A stretch of 64,000 nt of DNA from an uncultured Gemmatimonadaceae bacterium (lineage in GTDB: Bacteria > Gemmatimonadota > Gemmatimonadetes > Gemmatimonadales > Gemmatimonadaceae). Each line of letters starts with the position of its first letter. Position 1 is the stretch's first letter. Position numbers and translations under genes: made by a program. Of the stretch, positions 58,473-64,000 are shown in pieces. The stretch spans positions 1,088,001 through 1,152,000 of the forward strand of contig CAVUDW010000003.1 in NCBI GenBank assembly GCA_963740355.1, given 5' to 3'. The notes under the pieces were generated by a model, which was not told the DNA's origin, searched no databases, and was given only the letters and a program-made list of their open reading frames with translations.

Positions 58473-60941
58473 ATGGACCTCAGTCCGGAACAGTGGGAGC
58501 GGATCACGCTCGCGTTCGACGCGGTGCGAAGCGCGGCACCGGAGGAGCGCTCGGCGCACCTCGATCGGTTGCTGGGCGACGCACCGCTGCTGCGAGCGGA
58601 AGTCGAGAGCCTGCTCGCGGCCGACGACGACACAGAATTTCTCGAGCCCTCGGGAGGCGGTGCCTTTGGACGTCTGGTGCCTCCGGCATCGCGCCTGCTC
58701 GGGCGAACGGTCGGCGCGTATCGGGTCGAGCGCGAGATCGGGCGAGGGGGCATGGGCGTCGTGTACGAGGGACATCACCTCGATGCCCAGCTGAACAAGC
58801 GCGTGGCCATCAAGACCCTCCCGATCGGCGTCGATCGTCCTGAAATGCTCTGGCGCTTCAGGCGCGAGCGGCAGATCCTCGCGCGGCTGGACCATCCGAA
58901 CATCGCCGCGCTCTACGATGGCGGCACGACCGAGGATGGTATCCCGTATCTCGTGATGGAGTACGTGGCGGGCCAGCGGATCGACAGTTGGTGCGAGCAG
59001 AAGCAGCTCACGATCGCTCAGCGTCTCGACCTCTTTCGGCAAGCCTGCGCTGCGGTGCAATTCGCGCACACGAAACTCATCGTGCATCGCGACCTGAAGC
59101 CGGGCAACATCCTGGTGACGGACGACGGCGTGGTGAAGCTGCTGGATTTTGGCGTGGCGAAGCTGCTCGAGAGCGAGCCATCCGACAGCGATCTCACCAT
59201 TGGTGGTGCGGCACCGCTGACGACGGCGTACGCCAGTCCGGAGCAGTTGCATGGTGACGAGGCCACGACCAGTTCGGACATCTACTCGCTCGGCCTGGTT
59301 CTCTATCGGTTGCTGACTGGCGTGCTCCCATTCGACGTGGAGGGCCGCTCGCCTTCGCAGCGCCGCGACATCGCGACGAGCAGTGCGGTGCCAGCGCCCA
59401 GCGTGCGGATGCAGGAGGCGGGGGCCAGCGCACCACTCGGCAGTCGGGGCCACGTGAATTCGGAGCTGGATGCGATCGTGCTGATGGCGCTGCGTGTCGA
59501 TCCCGCGCGTCGCTACGCCACCGTCGAGGCCTTCAGCGATGACATTCATCGGTTTCTGCGCGGGCAGACCGTCCGCGCTCGACCGGACACTCTCGGCTAT
59601 CGTGTCCGCAGCTTCGTGCGTCGGCAGCGCGCCCTCGTGACGGCCATATCCGTTGCCGTGGTGGCGCTGGCCGGTGTCACCGTGGTCGCCGTTCTGGCGG
59701 CCCGCACCGCCCGCGAGGAAGCGGCGCGGACGATGCGGGTAGCGCTCGTCTTGCAGGAACTCATCGGGGCTGGGGCATCGGATCGTTACCGCTCCGTGCC
59801 AACACTGCTGACCGTGCTCGATTCTGCCAGAGCTGCGGTGGCGGTGCAATTCGCCAATGATCCGCGAGCACGCGCGGATCTCTACGATGTGTTCGGCGCG
59901 AGCTACTTCAACTTCGAGCGGCCCGATCTTGCGTTGCTGATGCTGGATTCCGCTCGAGCCTTGCACGCACAGACACGTGGCGAAGCGTCACTCGAAGTGG
60001 CACGCGACCTAGCCGCGTCGGCAAATTCGATCATCGCGCTCGGCCAGACGGACAGTGCGTTCGCCCGTCAGCGACGTGCGATCACCCTCATGCAACAGTT
60101 TCGCCCACTGCCAGAGCACGACCTCAATGAAGCGGAGATCGAGCTGAGCTTCAACGAGATCGGCCTGCTGCAATCGGTTGAGGCACTGCCGCGGATGGCG
60201 AAGGCGCTGGATCGTGAGCGTGCGGCCCCCGCGCCTCGGTGGGGGCTGATCGCCATGGGCGAGGCAGTCACGATCCTTCCGTATCTGTACCAGAAGCATC
60301 CGGAGCTGGCTGACGCGGCGTTCGCACGCTCCGAGTCGGCACTCCGACGCGACACGACGCAATCGCAGCAGTATCGCACCGCGCTCGCGTTCCAGGGGCA
60401 ATCGCTCCTCGTGCGCGGGCGCCCCGCCGAGGCGGAGCCGCGAGTGCGCGAGTTGCTCACGATCACCGCGAACCGCCTCGGTGAAAGTCACTACCTCACC
60501 GCGCAGGCACAGAACCTGCTCGCCCGGGTGATGATGGAGCTGGGACGTTATCGCGAAGGGCGCGCCCTGATCGACTCGGCGATCGCGAACAACGAAGCCG
60601 CGCAGGCCCGCGACCCGCTCTACCTCGGCGAGATGTACATCACCCGAACCGGCTTCGAAGTGAAGCTGCATGATTGGGCCGCCGCAGAGCGAAGCCTGGC
60701 GCGCGCAGCACTCCAACGCGACCGCCTGGGTGTACAACGCCCGATTCTCGATGTCAGCATTCTCTACACAACCGCAGCGCTGTACGAAGAGCAGGGACGG
60801 GTTGCACAGGCGCGTGCGTCATTTGCTGGCGCTGTCTCGCTCGCCCGCGAAAAGCTGCAGGCGGGCGCCAAGAACAGCGGGATCGCCGAGGCGAAGCTGG
60901 TGGCATTCGAGGCGCGGCACCCGACGCTGGCGAGCCACTAA
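58473..60941 (+). CDS. Hanks-type Ser/Thr protein kinase with TM helix and TPR-like C-terminus
   Basis: GRGGMG, VAIK, HRDLKPGN, DFG, YASPE. Confidence 0.95.
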   Translation: MDLSPEQWERITLAFDAVRSAAPEERSAHLDRLLGDAPLLRAEVESLLAADDDTEFLEPSGGGAFGRLVPPASRLLGRTVGAYRVEREIGRGGMGVVYEGHHLDAQLNKRVAIKTLPIGVDRPEMLWRFRRERQILARLDHPNIAALYDGGTTEDGIPYLVMEYVAGQRIDSWCEQKQLTIAQRLDLFRQACAAVQFAHTKLIVHRDLKPGNILVTDDGVVKLLDFGVAKLLESEPSDSDLTIGGAAPLTTAYASPEQLHGDEATTSSDIYSLGLVLYRLLTGVLPFDVEGRSPSQRRDIATSSAVPAPSVRMQEAGASAPLGSRGHVNSELDAIVLMALRVDPARRYATVEAFSDDIHRFLRGQTVRARPDTLGYRVRSFVRRQRALVTAISVAVVALAGVTVVAVLAARTAREEAARTMRVALVLQELIGAGASDRYRSVPTLLTVLDSARAAVAVQFANDPRARADLYDVFGASYFNFERPDLALLMLDSARALHAQTRGEASLEVARDLAASANSIIALGQTDSAFARQRRAITLMQQFRPLPEHDLNEAEIELSFNEIGLLQSVEALPRMAKALDRERAAPAPRWGLIAMGEAVTILPYLYQKHPELADAAFARSESALRRDTTQSQQYRTALAFQGQSLLVRGRPAEAEPRVRELLTITANRLGESHYLTAQAQNLLARVMMELGRYREGRALIDSAIANNEAAQARDPLYLGEMYITRTGFEVKLHDWAAAERSLARAALQRDRLGVQRPILDVSILYTTAALYEEQGRVAQARASFAGAVSLAREKLQAGAKNSGIAEAKLVAFEARHPTLASH

Positions 60942-61033
60942 CTTCCAGCGGAGAGCTCGCGGGACGGGCGTCGTACCGCCGCGGTATCTCCAGGGCGATA
61001 CCGTCCTCGACACTTTCATTCGCAGACTGGCCA

Positions 61034-61783
61034 ATGCCCCGCACCCTTGAAGTTCCGCTCGACTCGATCGACTCCGCCAGGATGGCAGCGCAGTACGCCG
61101 ACCGTCTTGAACTTTGCGACGACCTGTCGAGCGAGGGCTGGACCCCGACCACGGCGCTGATTCGGGCCGCCAAGGAGTTGGTCGACCCGTCGCGGACGAA
61201 GATCGTGAGCATGATCCGCCCACGCAGCGCGAACAAGAGCACGAAATTGGACGTCGCCGCGTTCACTACGACGCAGCAGATCCTGGAAGATTCCTTGTTC
61301 GAGATCGAAGCGAGCGCCAAGGCGGGTGCCGATTCGGTGGCGATCGGGCTACTGACGGCTGACGGCTTCGTGGATGTCGAGGCGTGCGAGCGGATGCGCG
61401 ATGTGGCGCTCGAGCACGGGATGATCGTGGCGTTCCTGCGGAACTTCGACTTGCTCACCGACCGAAAGCGCGGCATGGAGGACATTGCGTCGCTGGGGAT
61501 GGTGCGCGTGATCAGCGCCGGTGTGCTGGGATGGGATGCGTCGGTGCTGCCGCTCGAGAAGCGCCTCGCCGTGCTGGCTGAGGATGTGCGCAACGCCGAG
61601 GCGGCCGCGCTGAAGTTCGGCGGGACCCCGGTCGAAGTGGTGCCATGTGGTGGTGTACGCTCGGCGAATGCCCGCGAGTTTCTCACCGTGTCGCCGCACC
61701 TGCATGCGTCCTGCCGGCGGGATGGCGCGATGTCAGTCGAGGAGCTGCAGACGTTGCACGACATCCTGGTCGCGGAGGACTGA
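61034..61783 (+). CDS. cutC: Copper homeostasis protein CutC-like, divergent
   Basis: ADRLELC...TP, MIRPR, G.LT.DG.VD, RNFD, CGGVR, HAS. Confidence 0.7.
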   Translation: MPRTLEVPLDSIDSARMAAQYADRLELCDDLSSEGWTPTTALIRAAKELVDPSRTKIVSMIRPRSANKSTKLDVAAFTTTQQILEDSLFEIEASAKAGADSVAIGLLTADGFVDVEACERMRDVALEHGMIVAFLRNFDLLTDRKRGMEDIASLGMVRVISAGVLGWDASVLPLEKRLAVLAEDVRNAEAAALKFGGTPVEVVPCGGVRSANAREFLTVSPHLHASCRRDGAMSVEELQTLHDILVAED

Positions 61784-61924
61784 CCTGTCCGTAGTTTTTC
61801 GGAATGCGGTCGGCGGAAGCGTGGTGAAGTTTGTTTTCGAAAAGTGTCGCCCCACGTACATCGACGTTCATGATCGCGAGCGAGGGCTGCTCGCTGCGTG
61901 TCCCACCTTATCTGGAGTTGCCCC

Positions 61925-62332
61925 ATGAAGAAGCTGTTCCTTGCTGCCGTGTTGAGCCTGTTTGCGATGACGACTGCCGCCGCGCAATCGGTGAGTGGCG
62001 AGTGGGATGCGTCGATGAACACGCCGGGCGGGCCACGGGTGTTCAAGATCGTGTTCGTGCAGGAGGGTGAGAAGCTGACCGGTACCGTCAAGCGTTCGAC
62101 TGGCGACGTCCCGCTGGAAGGGACGGTGAAGGGCGCGGAAGTGAAGTTCCGCTATATGATCAACTACAACGGCAACCAGATCGCGATGGCGATGACTGCG
62201 ACGCTGTCGGGCGCCAACGACATGAAGGGCCAGGTGGATATCGCAGGCCAGATGCAGGATGAGTTCTCGGCCAAGCGTGTGGCGGGGTCGACACCGCCGT
62301 TCACGACGCCGCCGGCTGGCGCGGGACGCTAG
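61925..62332 (+). CDS. Secreted hypothetical protein
   Basis: Signal peptide MKKLFL...AAAQ; VSGEW...TPGG...GEKLTGT beta-rich domain; GGAG Shine-Dalgarno. Confidence 0.75.
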   Translation: MKKLFLAAVLSLFAMTTAAAQSVSGEWDASMNTPGGPRVFKIVFVQEGEKLTGTVKRSTGDVPLEGTVKGAEVKFRYMINYNGNQIAMAMTATLSGANDMKGQVDIAGQMQDEFSAKRVAGSTPPFTTPPAGAGR

Positions 62333-62442
62333 CGCAGCAGTCGCAGCGAAGTACGAACCCCGCCGCAGCGGGAAACCTGTGGCGGGATCGGATCGTAGAC
62401 GGCGTTGGTGCCCTGACCTGATCCACTCCGACAATCGATCCG

Positions 62443-64000
62443 ATGGCCAATCACGCCTGCCGCTCGTTCCTGCCCCTTCTTTTTCTCGGCGCGAGCGTGG
62501 CGCTGGGCGCGCAGGTACCGGATAGTCTCGACCGCGCCATTCGTCGCGAGATGGCGCGGCGCGAAATCCCAGGGCTCTCGATCGCGGTGATCGACAGCGG
62601 ACGCATCGTCCTTGCGCGCGGGTATGGCGTGACGAAAGTTGGCGGAAGTCCGGTCACCGAACAGACGCTCTTTCAAGCCGGATCGATCAGCAAGGCGGTA
62701 ACTGCCGTGGCGACGATGCGCCTGGTCGCGCGCGGCACGTTGAAGCTGGATCGCGATGTGAACGAGCAGCTGGTGAGCTGGAAGCTGCGCGACACGGCGG
62801 TTGCGGAAGGCGAAAAGGTCACGGTGCGTCAGCTGCTGAGTCACAGCGCCGGCCTGAACGTCCATGGCTTTCCGGGATATGCGCTCACGGAACCGATGCC
62901 GACCGCAGTCCAGGTTTTGAATGGCGAGAAGCCGACAAATACACAGGCCATCCGTATCGAGCAGAAGCCTGGCTCGCAGTGGCGATACTCGGGCGGCGGA
63001 TACACGATCCTGCAGGTGCTGATGAGCGATGTCGCGCACCAGCCGTTTGCGGAACTGATGCAGGCGGAGGTGCTGACACCGGCCGGCATGACGGCGAGCA
63101 CGTACACGCAGCCACTCCCACCGACACACTCACCGAAGGCTGCAACTGGACACTACCCGGATGGCTCAGCGGTGGTCGGCGGTTGGCATTCGTATCCGGA
63201 GATGGCAGCGGCGGGGCTGTGGACGACACCAAGTGACCTGGCGCGATTTGCGATCGCGTTCCAGAATGCATACCGCCGAGAGCCGAATGGCATCGTGCCA
63301 GCGGAGATTGCCAATCAGATGCTGTCGTATCAGCGCAATGACTTTCAGGGCCTCGGTTTTGCCTTGAAGGGAAACAATCGCCGGCTCGAGTTCAGCCACA
63401 ATGGCCGTGACGAAGGGTTCGACGCGTCGCTGTCGGCGACCGCATCGTCGGGTCAGGGCGTCGCGATCATGATCAACGCCAACGAAAATTCCGGCGCCGT
63501 GGAGCGGATCCGCCAGGTGGTGGCGAAGCTGTATGGCTGGCCGAGCGAGCAACGATCGCCGGCGCCATCACGCGCCATTACTGTATCGAGCCAACAGCTG
63601 GCGAGTGTTGCCGGTCGCTATGAGATGCGCAACAACCAGATGGCGACGTTCGAGGTATCGAGTGGTGCATTGGCGCTGATGATCGACGGTCGGCCCGCCG
63701 ATGAGTTCGTGGCCGTCGGCACCGACGACTACGCTCGGACTGACGGAGTCGTCGCGCTGCACTTTCTGCGTGACGGCGGTGGTCGCGTGACCGGCTTCGA
63801 GGTGCGTGACGAAGGTGGTACGCGGCGGGTGCCACGCATCGGTCCAATCACGACCAGCATCGCCGCCGTGCCAGATCCTGATCGCCAGCGGACGTCGCGC
63901 TTCGACGCCTTCGTGCGGTCGTTGGCGGCGGGCAAGGCGGCTGACCAGGCGGCGTTGCTGGCACCCGGAGCGCTGCGACAGTTCTCGGGGAATGCGGCGC
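62443..64000 (+). CDS. Serine hydrolase (class C beta-lactamase-like), runs off the right edge
   Basis: Hand translation from ATG 62443: signal peptide, IPGLSIAVI, FQAGSISK (SxxK), WRYSGGGY, FSHNGRDEGF, all in frame. Confidence 0.9.
   Translation, partial: MANHACRSFLPLLFLGASVALGAQVPDSLDRAIRREMARREIPGLSIAVIDSGRIVLARGYGVTKVGGSPVTEQTLFQAGSISKAVTAVATMRLVARGTLKLDRDVNEQLVSWKLRDTAVAEGEKVTVRQLLSHSAGLNVHGFPGYALTEPMPTAVQVLNGEKPTNTQAIRIEQKPGSQWRYSGGGYTILQVLMSDVAHQPFAELMQAEVLTPAGMTASTYTQPLPPTHSPKAATGHYPDGSAVVGGWHSYPEMAAAGLWTTPSDLARFAIAFQNAYRREPNGIVPAEIANQMLSYQRNDFQGLGFALKGNNRRLEFSHNGRDEGFDASLSATASSGQGVAIMINANENSGAVERIRQVVAKLYGWPSEQRSPAPSRAITVSSQQLASVAGRYEMRNNQMATFEVSSGALALMIDGRPADEFVAVGTDDYARTDGVVALHFLRDGGGRVTGFEVRDEGGTRRVPRIGPITTSIAAVPDPDRQRTSRFDAFVRSLAAGKAADQAALLAPGALRQFSGNAA

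Noticed and set aside
62443..64000. Calling the SxxK protein an antibiotic-resistance beta-lactamase
   Set aside because: The family includes many esterases and peptidases; the motifs (YSG, HNG) do not establish beta-lactamase activity

Overview
High-GC bacterial chromosome segment, probably Gemmatimonadota (Gemmatimonas-like). That assignment is inferred from the RpoB/RpoC sequence style and gene content, not from a search. The core is a minus-strand transcription/translation block: tRNA-Thr(GGT), tuf, secE, nusG, rplKAJL, rpoB, rpoC. About 13.5 kb of accessory genes then separate rpoC from rpsL-rpsG, which end at a terminator with no fusA. The left edge carries a lasso-peptide-type RiPP cluster (RRE/B1, B2 peptidase, 56-aa precursor, HPr-kinase-like kinase, ABC-2 exporter, nucleotidyltransferase) that runs off the window. 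Its precursor has a canonical leader but no Asp/Glu at core positions 7-9, and no cyclase gene is visible. Three intergenic loci share a modular 71-bp repeat (25-bp palindromic arm, 6 bp, 25-bp YAA..TTA box, 15 bp); two of them sit just after the rpoC and rpsG terminators. The right half has secreted hydrolases, an ECF sigma/FecR/TonB-receptor module with a recognisable promoter motif, an ECF sigma/Ser-Thr kinase pair and a 35-bp inverted-repeat element. Three accessory genes are frameshifted, which may be real or assembly error. All calls come from reading motifs by eye; no database searches were run.
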